This document shows, piece after piece, positions 20,150 to 29,446 of a DNA stretch of 64,000 bases. Each line of letters starts with the position of its first letter. The stretch's first letter is position 1. The translations under genes and the position numbers were made by a program. The stretch comes from Candidatus Helarchaeota archaeon (GTDB lineage Archaea > Asgardarchaeota > Lokiarchaeia > Helarchaeales > RDOG01): NCBI GenBank assembly GCA_019058315.1, contig JAHPZH010000002.1, forward strand, positions 224,001 to 288,000, in the 5' to 3' direction. The notes under the pieces were generated by a model. It worked only from the letters and a program-made list of their open reading frames with translations. It made no database searches and was not told the DNA's origin.

Positions 20150-20152
20150 AAA

Positions 20153-20866
20153 TTGGATTTTCCTAAAATTCGAATTCTTTTATTTCAACGTGGAATGTAT
20201 GGAGAAAGGGTAGAAGAAACAATTAATAAATATGGGAAAAAATTACAAATATCCAAAATTTTTAAAATACCTAAAGAGCTACCAGATATTATTGAGGAAC
20301 CAGAAACCTATATTCCTGATGAAATATTCAAAAATATTGATTTAATTATTTCTTATTCTCTACATGCAGATTTATCACAATATATAGTAGAAAAAGCAAA
20401 AAATAACGGTATTAAAGTAGTGATTATGCCTGGAGAAGACCCATCCTTTAGTCAATTGGGGGCTAGAAGACAACTTTTTGAAATTGCAGGAGACGAAGTT
20501 AATATTTTTGGTCCTGAAGTTACATGTGCTTTAAAACCAGTACAAGATAATGAAATTATTTCACTATTTTGTTCTGAATTAGGACAACCAGAATTTAAAA
20601 TAGAAACTAAAGACGGAAAAATTAGTAAAGTTGAAGTAATTCGGGGGGCTCCATGTGGTGCAACGTGGTATGTTGCAAAGGAGATTATAGGAGAATCGAT
20701 CAAAGAAGCTCCTAGAAAAGCAGCATTACTTACACAATATTATTGCCGAGCGTCAAGAGGATATGATATTATCGGAGGGGAGGGAAAAATTCATAAAGCT
20801 GGAAAAATTACTATGAAAGCATTTGAGAAAGCAATTGAAGAAACATTGAATAATAAAAAAGATTAA
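20153..20866 (+). CDS. DUF166 family protein
   Basis: LHADL, TCAL, EVIRGAPCGATW, YCRA, IHKAG. Confidence 0.75.
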   Translation: MDFPKIRILLFQRGMYGERVEETINKYGKKLQISKIFKIPKELPDIIEEPETYIPDEIFKNIDLIISYSLHADLSQYIVEKAKNNGIKVVIMPGEDPSFSQLGARRQLFEIAGDEVNIFGPEVTCALKPVQDNEIISLFCSELGQPEFKIETKDGKISKVEVIRGAPCGATWYVAKEIIGESIKEAPRKAALLTQYYCRASRGYDIIGGEGKIHKAGKITMKAFEKAIEETLNNKKD

Positions 20867-20869
20867 TAC

Positions 20870-21211
20870 GTGTTTAATATGACTGATATGAAAATAATTA
20901 ATTTTAATGATGTTAAACCAGTTGAAATGGTACCTGGAATATTTCGGCATACTCTGGTTTTTACAAATGATGTAATGATGGTGTATTTTGATTTGAGAAA
21001 GGATGCAGAGCTCCCAATGCACTCCCATCCGCATACTCAAATGGGTTATATAGTCAAAGGAAAGCTCGAATTTCAAATCTATAACAAGAAATATATTTTA
21101 AAATCAGGGGATAGTTATTTAGCTCCATCAAATATAGAACATGGCGCAAAAGTTATTGAAGATTGTATAGTAATTGATATATTCAATCCTGCAAGAGATG
21201 ATTATAAATAG
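20870..21211 (+). CDS. Cupin domain protein
   Basis: PMHSHPHTQMGYIVKG ... GDSY.APSNIEHG ... DIFNPARDDY. Confidence 0.88.
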   Translation: MFNMTDMKIINFNDVKPVEMVPGIFRHTLVFTNDVMMVYFDLRKDAELPMHSHPHTQMGYIVKGKLEFQIYNKKYILKSGDSYLAPSNIEHGAKVIEDCIVIDIFNPARDDYK

Positions 21212-21326
21212 CTAATGGGTGCAAATATAAATGAATTATCAAGCACAGAAGCTAATTTTTCCGATTCTTAAAGATGAAAATTTATATATACTACAGTTTT
21301 TATTCATACTAAAGAGCTGAAAAAAA

Positions 21327-21512
21327 ATGTGGACTAAAGTCAAAGATAGTCTCAAAGGAACTTTTTCACTATACCAATTTATGGAGCTATTAGGTTTAGA
21401 TAGAAGAGAATTTAAAGATAAGAGAGACGCAAGAAATATATTAAATCAACTTTATAAATCAAAAAAAATTTATAGAATATCAAATAATGTTTATAAAAAG
21501 AGGGAAGATTGA
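21327..21512 (+). CDS. Small hypothetical protein, possibly winged-helix
   Basis: 61 aa, ATG start, ARNILNQLYKSKKIYRI pattern. Confidence 0.5.
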   Translation: MWTKVKDSLKGTFSLYQFMELLGLDRREFKDKRDARNILNQLYKSKKIYRISNNVYKKRED

Positions 21513-21584
21513 ATAAAACCCTACCTCGAAATATCTTAAGAACCGTCAATTAATAAAATTATAATAAGGGGATTAATTTCTTTT

Positions 21585-23909
21585 ATGGAAGATAATATAT
21601 TTTTTGAAGATTGTTTCCAAAAATTTGAAGAAGAAGTACAAGAGGCTATTCAAAAGAACCATCGGCGGATGTTTATTTTACCTGAAGGAAATATTTATGA
21701 TATAATCCCGAATTTTTTTACACTTTATATCATATTACGACCTGCGTTATCTCTTAAAGTCCTATTTGCCTCATCTCAGAATATTTCAACTTTTGAAAAT
21801 ATTCGCTTAAATCTAGATCCCACAATTTTTCAAGTAACTGATATTAAATTTTCTCAATTAAATGAAATATTGGGACAGACTTTTGACATTTTGGTCTTGG
21901 ATTTAACGAATCAATTGAAACCAAATGATTTGGGAATATTAATTGAGACTGTAAGAGGTGGAGGTATAATTTTTGTTCTAACACCGAATTTCGAAGCTTG
22001 GATAAAAAATATTACAATTTTCCACAAAACTTTAATAACCCCCCCATTCTCCATTGATGATATTAACTTTCGTTTTACTCCATTCTTTATCGATAGCTTG
22101 AAAAAATATAAAGGAATTATTATTTTCGACTCTTTAAATCATAAGATTCTAGAAGGCTCATACAGTAGCCAAAATCCCCATCCAAAAACAAAAGTAATCC
22201 AAAAAACTGCTCCGTTTAAAAAATTATTTTATGATCTAGTGGCAACAGATGATCAACGTTCGTTTCTAAATTCCTTAGAATTTATTCTTCAAAAAGATAG
22301 GAAAAAAAGGGTTCTTATCTTAACATCCGATAGAGGAAGGGGAAAATCTGCAATTCTAGGTATCGGAGCTGTCGCAATTTCTCATATATTAGTTGAAAAA
22401 TTAAATTTCTCTCATGTAAAAATTCTTATAACTGCTCCTAATGTAGAAAATGTGGAGATTTTTTTTCAATTTGCGGAAAAAGCCCTCAAGAACTTAAATT
22501 ATAAAATTAACATTAGAAAAAAATCCATCATTACCGATACAATCACGATTCAATACAAAGATCTATTGGAAGTTGTCAATCAAAAGTCATATTTGACCAT
22601 TATAGATGAGTGTGCAAGTATTCCCATACCCATTTTATTCGAGATCTTGGAATCTTCTCGTAATATAATCTTTTCATCCACTCTTCATGGTTATGAAGGG
22701 GCTGGAAGAGGATTTTCCTTATTATTTAGAAAAGAAATTAACCAAAAGAAAGATTTAAAAATAAGCCAAGTTGGATTGAATGTTCCTATTCGTTATTCTT
22801 TAAATGATCCAATTGAACAGTGGTTATTTGACACTCTTTTTTTGAATGCCCAACCTGCTAACCTAAATAGCGAAGATATAGCAGATGTTACTAATTCAAA
22901 TATCATAGTTAAAAAAATCGACTTGGATAAATGCTTTTTAGGTGAAGAACAAGATTTTTTTTCGGATTTTGCGGGAATCTTCGTTTTTGCCCATTATCGA
23001 AATCAACCAGATGATATTGTTATTCTTTCAGATTCGCCTCATCACGAAGCTTGGGCTATTTTGACGAAAAATCAAAAACATATTGTTAATGTTGTCCAGA
23101 TCGCAAAAGAAGGTAATCTATCAGATTCAATTATTCAAGAAATGTTGAAGGGAAACCAAACTCCGGGAAATATTTTACCATGGATCTGTATTACACACTA
23201 TCGGATAGGAGATTTTGCAAAATTAAAAGGAGTAAGAATTGTTAGGATTGCTACTCATCCAGATTTATTCCAAAAAGGTTTAGGTTCAGAAATGTTAACA
23301 CAAATTGAAAAAAATTATAAAGATCTAGAATATGATTGGGTCGGAACCAGTTTTGGGTTAACTCCTGAGTTACTTAGATTTTGGGAGACAAATGGTTATA
23401 AATCAATACATTTATCTTCTAGAATGACTCCTTCAACAGGAGAGTATTCTATAGTTATGATAAAACCGCTTTCAGCTGAATCAGAAAAAATTGTTAATTT
23501 ATTATGTCAAGAATTTAAATTTAAAATTTTCGAATGGTTTCGTACGATATACTATAATCTCCCTCCTAATTTAGCGTTCAATCTTTTGGAATCAACCCAA
23601 AAATTTGAGGATCCAGTTATTTTTGAAATAACTCTTACTGAAAATCAAAAAGCTCGATTAGATGCTTATTTTGGTGGGATTTTAGATTATTCCAATACTT
23701 CAGATGTTATTAACCAAGTCCTTAAATATTATTTTCTCAATTTCGAGAGAGATAAAGTCAAATTATCTCCAAAACAAAAAGAATTAATAATTATGCGTTG
23801 TCTTCAAGCTCGATCATGGCAACAAACTCTAAATTACACCAAATTAAATTATAAAGTTGGCCATGGTCTTCTTAGAAAAGCTATTCGTAAAATTTATAAA
23901 GTTATTTAA
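21585..23909 (+). CDS. tmcA: tRNA/rRNA cytidine N4-acetyltransferase (TmcA/NAT10 family)
   Basis: ETVRGGG, SDRGRGKSA (Walker A), IDE, STLHGYEGAGRGF, AHYRNQPDD, RIVRIATHP..QKGLGS. Confidence 0.92.
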   Translation: MEDNIFFEDCFQKFEEEVQEAIQKNHRRMFILPEGNIYDIIPNFFTLYIILRPALSLKVLFASSQNISTFENIRLNLDPTIFQVTDIKFSQLNEILGQTFDILVLDLTNQLKPNDLGILIETVRGGGIIFVLTPNFEAWIKNITIFHKTLITPPFSIDDINFRFTPFFIDSLKKYKGIIIFDSLNHKILEGSYSSQNPHPKTKVIQKTAPFKKLFYDLVATDDQRSFLNSLEFILQKDRKKRVLILTSDRGRGKSAILGIGAVAISHILVEKLNFSHVKILITAPNVENVEIFFQFAEKALKNLNYKINIRKKSIITDTITIQYKDLLEVVNQKSYLTIIDECASIPIPILFEILESSRNIIFSSTLHGYEGAGRGFSLLFRKEINQKKDLKISQVGLNVPIRYSLNDPIEQWLFDTLFLNAQPANLNSEDIADVTNSNIIVKKIDLDKCFLGEEQDFFSDFAGIFVFAHYRNQPDDIVILSDSPHHEAWAILTKNQKHIVNVVQIAKEGNLSDSIIQEMLKGNQTPGNILPWICITHYRIGDFAKLKGVRIVRIATHPDLFQKGLGSEMLTQIEKNYKDLEYDWVGTSFGLTPELLRFWETNGYKSIHLSSRMTPSTGEYSIVMIKPLSAESEKIVNLLCQEFKFKIFEWFRTIYYNLPPNLAFNLLESTQKFEDPVIFEITLTENQKARLDAYFGGILDYSNTSDVINQVLKYYFLNFERDKVKLSPKQKELIIMRCLQARSWQQTLNYTKLNYKVGHGLLRKAIRKIYKVI

Positions 23910-23917
23910 TGATTTCC

Positions 23918-24751
23918 TTATTTTTTTTGAAAAAAACTTATTGTACTTGCAAATGCAATCGCACTAAAGTACTCAAATTCTGGTCCAACCCTAGATGTAT
24001 CAATAACAGGTCTATTTAAACTTAAATAAACCGCTCCATGGCTTTTTCCCGCTCCTAAATGAACGAGAGTTCTATAAATTAAATTTCCAGCAATTCCTTC
24101 AGGTGCAATTATTAGATTTGCTTTTTCTTCAATGGCATCTTCTATTAGTATATTGTAATTTTTAACGTTGGAAATTCCTAGGTCATTGGCTCTTTCTACA
24201 ACTTGATTTGCCTCATCAATAGTCTTTGCAATTCTAGAACCTCTTTTTTTATCTTCTTCCCTTCCTCCAGAAAGCACTGCAATTTTCGGTTGAATTTTCA
24301 ATTTTTTTAATAGGAGTGAACCTTCCTTTACAAAAAACAGCTTTTCATCTGCATTTTTACATTCATCAATTCCGACTGGTGAAAAAAGAAACTGATGTGA
24401 AGTTTTTGCCGTTTCTAGTAATGCTAACCGATAAAAAACATCTTTCTTAAAAGATTTTTTTAAATTAACTAAGAATTTAGAGGAACTTAAGCTCCCTCGA
24501 ACAATTCCATCTACTTTATTTTGATTTGATAAGTTAATTATACTCTTTTCTGGAGAATCTGTACTAAGAAATTCCAATTTGCAATCTATAGGTGCTTTCT
24601 TCCCTATTAATATTATATTAGCGAGTTTATTTTCAATTGCCTTTTCAGCGACATGAATAGTTCTTTTGATGTATTTAGGGTTTTCCCCCACTCCAATTGC
24701 TATTTTAGCTGGATTTTGTTTTGCAATTTTAATTAATTTTTCAGTTATCAA
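23918..24751 (-). CDS. mtxX: MtxX/Mmp4 phosphotransacetylase-like protein
   Basis: DGIVRGSL, FSPVGIDE, LSGGR, APEGIAGNLIYRTL, GKSHGA, IDTSR. Confidence 0.85.
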   Translation of the reverse strand: MITEKLIKIAKQNPAKIAIGVGENPKYIKRTIHVAEKAIENKLANIILIGKKAPIDCKLEFLSTDSPEKSIINLSNQNKVDGIVRGSLSSSKFLVNLKKSFKKDVFYRLALLETAKTSHQFLFSPVGIDECKNADEKLFFVKEGSLLLKKLKIQPKIAVLSGGREEDKKRGSRIAKTIDEANQVVERANDLGISNVKNYNILIEDAIEEKANLIIAPEGIAGNLIYRTLVHLGAGKSHGAVYLSLNRPVIDTSRVGPEFEYFSAIAFASTISFFQKK

Positions 24752-24763
24752 ATTTTAACACAT

Positions 24764-25852
24764 TTAAAAGATGGTATGTATCTTTTTTAAAGCGAATAAG
24801 ATTAATTTTATCGCATTTTCAACATCTTTCATTGATAGTAATTCAACTGGAGTGTGGAGGTATCTTGCGGGAATGCCGATGCTACCACAAGGGATTCCGC
24901 CTCTAGAAAGAGCTATACTTGTGACATCTGTGGTACCTCCTTGAAATATTTCTAATTGATAAGGAATATCATTTTTTTTAGCTACATCTACCAATAAACG
25001 AAATACTTTAGGGTGTACAACAAATCCACCTCCAAGACTCGCTCGGCGCCCACTAGCTATTGTAATTGTTGGTCCAGCTCCCATTTTAATATTTGAATGT
25101 TTTATAGAGGGATAATCACCAGCTGCGGCAACATCTAAAGCAAGACCGACATCTGGTTCTATTGAAAAAGCAGAAGTTTTAGCTCCTCTTAATCCAATCT
25201 CTTCCATTACAGTAAAAGCGCCAATTAAGTCACCATCGAATTGCGCTTGTTCCAATACGTTTATTAAAATATAAATACCAATGCGATTATCAAAGGCTTT
25301 TCCACTTACTCTATTGTTTGCAAGCTCTTTTAAAGGACTTTGCCAAATTACAGGGTTTCCAATACTAATTCCAAGATTCTCAACATCTTCACGGTTTGTA
25401 GCTCCTACATCAATAAAAATAGAATCCATTTCCAAAGGTTGTTTTCTTTCTTTTTCTGACTGTTGATGAATAGATTTAGTTCCTAAAATTCCTGGAATAG
25501 GTCCTTTTTCGGTTTGGATTATTACACTTTGGTTTACTATTGCTTGGGTATGAATGCCTCCTAAGGGTGCAAAATAGAGAAATCCATTTTCATCAATAAA
25601 TTTTATTAGCATCCCAATTTCGTCCATATGAGCTGCGATCATTACTTTTGGTTTTTTATTTGGACCGTATTTTGAACAAATAAGTGTGCCTAATGAATCG
25701 GTAGAAATTTCATCTACTACTGGACGTAGTCTTTCCTTCAGAAATTCCCTCATTTCATTTTCAAAGCCAGATGCTGCGTTAATTTCTAATAATTTTTTTA
25801 ATAATGAAGACAATTTTACCAACTCGAATATACTTAATTGAAATGAATTCAC
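24764..25852 (-). CDS. M42 family aminopeptidase (TET-like)
   Basis: SGFE, AAHMDEIG, KAFDNRIG, EEIGLRGA, GGTTD, RYLHTPVE. Confidence 0.92.
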   Translation of the reverse strand: MNSFQLSIFELVKLSSLLKKLLEINAASGFENEMREFLKERLRPVVDEISTDSLGTLICSKYGPNKKPKVMIAAHMDEIGMLIKFIDENGFLYFAPLGGIHTQAIVNQSVIIQTEKGPIPGILGTKSIHQQSEKERKQPLEMDSIFIDVGATNREDVENLGISIGNPVIWQSPLKELANNRVSGKAFDNRIGIYILINVLEQAQFDGDLIGAFTVMEEIGLRGAKTSAFSIEPDVGLALDVAAAGDYPSIKHSNIKMGAGPTITIASGRRASLGGGFVVHPKVFRLLVDVAKKNDIPYQLEIFQGGTTDVTSIALSRGGIPCGSIGIPARYLHTPVELLSMKDVENAIKLILFALKKIHTIF

Positions 25853-26008
25853 TTAATCTTAAAAATTTCTATTTGATTTTGTTTTTACATTAAAAAATTT
25901 CTATTTATGCATTTTAACTAAATAATAACAGTTGAAATAAAAATAGGAAAAAAAAATATAAAAAATAAGTTTCATTTGGTAACTTGAATTGTTTTAATTT
26001 ATCTCGTA

Positions 26009-26476
26009 ATGGAGCTCATAATAATGCCCGCAGAAGCAAATCTGGAATGGATTGATAATATTGGTTTTAAAATTCATATAGAAGGTTTCCCTGAAATGCT
26101 AACTGATGAACCAGTCGAATTTTATGGGGATAATCGCGGTCCTTCATCTGTAGAATATTTAATGGCGGCAATTGGAAGCTGTCAAGGTGTTTCATTTGCT
26201 TATTCAATTCAAAAATACAATGCGTTAATAGATAATCTCAAAGTAAATGTCTCCTGTGAACAACATCACATTGATAGAAAAGGAAATCTCAATAAACAAG
26301 AAGGAATTTTGAGAATTACAAAAGCATTCGTCAAATTTAAAATTAAACCTAAAAATAAGAGCGAAGAAAATTTGGAAAATATCGATATTGCATTTAGAGC
26401 TTATAAAAAATATTGTGTTGTATCAATGAGCATTATTAAAGCGCTTCCTATTGATATGTCATACGAGATAATTTAA
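26009..26476 (+). CDS. OsmC family protein, paralogue 1
   Basis: TDEP..GDNRGPSS.EYL.AAIGSC ... KYCVVS. Confidence 0.85.
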   Translation: MELIIMPAEANLEWIDNIGFKIHIEGFPEMLTDEPVEFYGDNRGPSSVEYLMAAIGSCQGVSFAYSIQKYNALIDNLKVNVSCEQHHIDRKGNLNKQEGILRITKAFVKFKIKPKNKSEENLENIDIAFRAYKKYCVVSMSIIKALPIDMSYEII

Positions 26477-26604
26477 GATAAGCGCAGATAAAAATAATGA
26501 GTTATTAAAAAAAGATGGTTTTGATTTTTTTAAACTGTCTATCACACGAATTACACATTAATTAATATATTAGTCTGGATTTAAGCTAATTATATAAAAA
26601 AGGG

Positions 26605-27054
26605 ATGAAAATGCCAACAAAAGCAACTTTAAAATGGACTAATAATTTGGGTTTTGAAGCATTAGTTAAAGATTTTGATAAAATAACAGTGGATGAACCA
26701 AAACAATTTCATGGAGATGATAGAGGACCTAGCAGCTTAGAATTCCTATGTGTGGGAATCGGAGGTTGTATGGGGACAAGTCTAGTCTATTGTCTTAAGA
26801 GATTTAAGGCTACATTTAGCGAATTACAAGTCGACGCTGCTGCAGAAATTCATCACGTTCCACCTAATAGAATGCTACGTGTAACCGCACTACATGTAGA
26901 TTTCCGCATTACCCCCGACCCAGCAACCCAAGATAATATCGATAATATCAATGAGTGTTATGAACATTTTGCTAAATATTGTGTTGTCACGCAGTCCGTT
27001 AAACAAGGAATACCTTTTGATATTAAACTAAAAATCAAAGATGGTACCCCCTAA
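26605..27054 (+). CDS. OsmC family protein, paralogue 2
   Basis: VDEP..GDDRGPSS.E ... GGC ... KYCVVTQSV. Confidence 0.85.
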   Translation: MKMPTKATLKWTNNLGFEALVKDFDKITVDEPKQFHGDDRGPSSLEFLCVGIGGCMGTSLVYCLKRFKATFSELQVDAAAEIHHVPPNRMLRVTALHVDFRITPDPATQDNIDNINECYEHFAKYCVVTQSVKQGIPFDIKLKIKDGTP

Positions 27055-27133
27055 TTTTGTTCAAAATACAAATTATCTCTTCTTTTATTTAACGCGCACG
27101 AAGAATGAAATTTTTATGTTTTTTATGTTGATA

Positions 27134-27150
27134 TGATCAAAACTTGATCA
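27134..27150. promoter_or_regulatory. Perfect 7-3-7 inverted repeat upstream of a wHTH gene, candidate operator
   Basis: TGATCAA-AAC-TTGATCA. Confidence 0.3.
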
Positions 27151-27252
27151 ATCTCAAATCTCAATTTAATTAGTGCAAATTTCTTTTATGATTTGTATTT
27201 TAATCTAGTACAAAGTGGTGTATATTCCAATTAAATTTGGAGTAAAAAAAAT

Positions 27253-27519
27253 ATGGCTCAAATAGTTACTCAAAAAGGAAAATTAGTAACAGAACAAAAT
27301 ATGCAATTGGAGATACTAAAATTATCTCCTAGTATACAGGAAATATATTATATTTTAAAACAAAACGGGCCTCAAACACCCAAGGAAATATCAGCTCAAA
27401 CTTCTTATGCCCCCAGAACATTAAGATATGCCCTAAAGAAACTTTTAGAGTTGAATTTAATTAAAAAGGCACCTAATTTTGAGGACCTAAGACAGAACTT
27501 TTATAAAATTCTAGTTTAA
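27253..27519 (+). CDS. Small winged-HTH transcription regulator
   Basis: LSPS...IY.IL...GPQTPKEI...YAPRTLRYALKKL...DLRQ.FY. Confidence 0.8.
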   Translation: MAQIVTQKGKLVTEQNMQLEILKLSPSIQEIYYILKQNGPQTPKEISAQTSYAPRTLRYALKKLLELNLIKKAPNFEDLRQNFYKILV

Positions 27520-27622
27520 TCTAATTCAATTTTAATTTTTTTCTATATATTGAATTAAAAGTCTAATTTGATACTATAATTCTTATTTAAACCAGATTAT
27601 TAAATTCTAAACCTTATAAAAT

Positions 27623-29365
27623 TTAACGATGGGTAAAAAAACCGTGAATTTGAGGGGTTATTTTATCTATTTTTACAAATCCAAATCGCTCGAATTGTAA
27701 AATTTCTCCAATCTTAATATTTTCACAAAAAGGTTCTCCAAACCCTTCAGCTGTTTGTCCATCATCAAGAATAATCGATATTGGCACATTTTTTTTAGTG
27801 GGTACCCAATGTAAAATCTTAAATTTCTTATTTCTTGCTATTTCCATCTCTTTACTATGATATTTCGCTTGAATAGGAAATTTAATATTTAATATTTCTA
27901 TATTGAATAAATCTTTGAGTCGAATTAACATTCCTTCTTTTAATTTAGATAGATCTCTTTTAGAAATTAATAGATTTATATTACCATTTTCTTTTTGCAC
28001 TTCTATTTTTCTAGTGCCACGATCTGGAAAATCTGGTTGAATTAATGGTTTAGCGACTATTTTAGCATCGGGAACTTCCTTTATTACTAATTCAATTGGG
28101 TCATCTACAAAGAAATATCTGCTAGATGGTTTATCGATTATTTTCTTATTAAATGAATATAATATATCAGGGCTATACTGAATATCTGCTAAACTCATGC
28201 CCAAATCCAGAATTGCTTCCCTAAGGCTTTCTGGAAGAATACCGCGTTTAGCAAGAGAATTTAAACTCCAAGTTCTTGGATCATTCCAACCAATATATAC
28301 TCCACTCTCTATTTGTTGTCTGGAATAAGTTTTACTCAATTTCATTTTTTGGAAAGCGATTAGTCCATAATGAATGAACTGAATTTTTGGCCAATTAAAA
28401 AGTTTCCAGATATGAGATTCTATGATATCTTCTTTAATGAGATCTTTTCCTCGAAGAATGTGTGTGATACCGAGTAAATGGTCATCTATTCCCCAAGAAA
28501 ATTCTAACAAAGGCCATACCCTAAATTTTGTTCCAACTCTTGGATGCTCTCTTTCTGCAATTCGCATAATAACATGATCACGAAGTGCAGGATTTTTGAG
28601 TTCCATTCCTGTTTTAAGGCGAACAACAGCTTGTTTCTCTAAATAAGTACCATCAAGCATTTTTTCCCAGTGTTCGAGATTTTGTTCTATGCTTTGGTTT
28701 CTATGCGGACACGGTTTACCAATTTTCTGCCTTTTTCTTCCATATTTAGTTCTCCAAAGATCTGCATCGCATGTACAAACGTATGCTTCATGCATTTCAA
28801 GTAATTTCTTACAATAATTATAAAAATTAGATATTCGGTCTGATTTATAAAAAACCTTATCTATCTTTACTCCTAACCAGTCAAGGTTCTCCTTTATTAG
28901 ATCATAAGCCTCAGGAATGATAATTTTTGTTTCAGAACCAATTGTATCATCATAGACAAGAAATAATTTTCCATTATATCTTTTTTTATAAGTATCATTT
29001 AAAATAACCATTCGAGCGTTACCGATGTGTAATGGTCCGCTGGGATATGGTGCCAGTCTTAGAGTAACTTGTTTATCTTTTTCGATATTTTCAAGCGGTG
29101 GTAGCTCTCTTTTTTCCTCAATTTGAGAATCTTTTCTGAGTTCTATTGGGGAAAGTGCATTTAACTTTTTCTTTTGCTGATCTATTGAAAGTTTATTAAT
29201 TTGTGCTACAATTCCCTCAATTAATGGTTTTATCTCTCCTACCTTTTTTTTATAATCTTGATATTCAGATAAAAATCCCTTTATAACAAATTTTAAGTTA
29301 GTTTTTCCTGAATGCTTTAAAGCATTTTCTAAACCTATAATCCATATAGTTTTTTCAATATCCAA
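27623..29365 (-). CDS. gltX: Glutamate--tRNA ligase (archaeal type)
   Basis: RLAPYPSGPLHIGN (HIGH), DDHLLGITHILRGKD, KLSKT, QFERFGF. Confidence 0.95.
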   Translation of the reverse strand: MDIEKTIWIIGLENALKHSGKTNLKFVIKGFLSEYQDYKKKVGEIKPLIEGIVAQINKLSIDQQKKKLNALSPIELRKDSQIEEKRELPPLENIEKDKQVTLRLAPYPSGPLHIGNARMVILNDTYKKRYNGKLFLVYDDTIGSETKIIIPEAYDLIKENLDWLGVKIDKVFYKSDRISNFYNYCKKLLEMHEAYVCTCDADLWRTKYGRKRQKIGKPCPHRNQSIEQNLEHWEKMLDGTYLEKQAVVRLKTGMELKNPALRDHVIMRIAEREHPRVGTKFRVWPLLEFSWGIDDHLLGITHILRGKDLIKEDIIESHIWKLFNWPKIQFIHYGLIAFQKMKLSKTYSRQQIESGVYIGWNDPRTWSLNSLAKRGILPESLREAILDLGMSLADIQYSPDILYSFNKKIIDKPSSRYFFVDDPIELVIKEVPDAKIVAKPLIQPDFPDRGTRKIEVQKENGNINLLISKRDLSKLKEGMLIRLKDLFNIEILNIKFPIQAKYHSKEMEIARNKKFKILHWVPTKKNVPISIILDDGQTAEGFGEPFCENIKIGEILQFERFGFVKIDKITPQIHGFFTHR

Positions 29366-29446
29366 TAATCTATCCTCAAATTAACCTTATTAAGAAAGAG
29401 ATCAAAAATAAATTAAATGAAAAAGCAGGAATAATTATTAATTGGA

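Noticed and set aside
26490-26545. ATGA...AA hairpin-like sequence after the first OsmC gene as a second SECIS
   Set aside because: No GA positioned to form the G.A quartet, and neither OsmC gene has an in-frame TGA.
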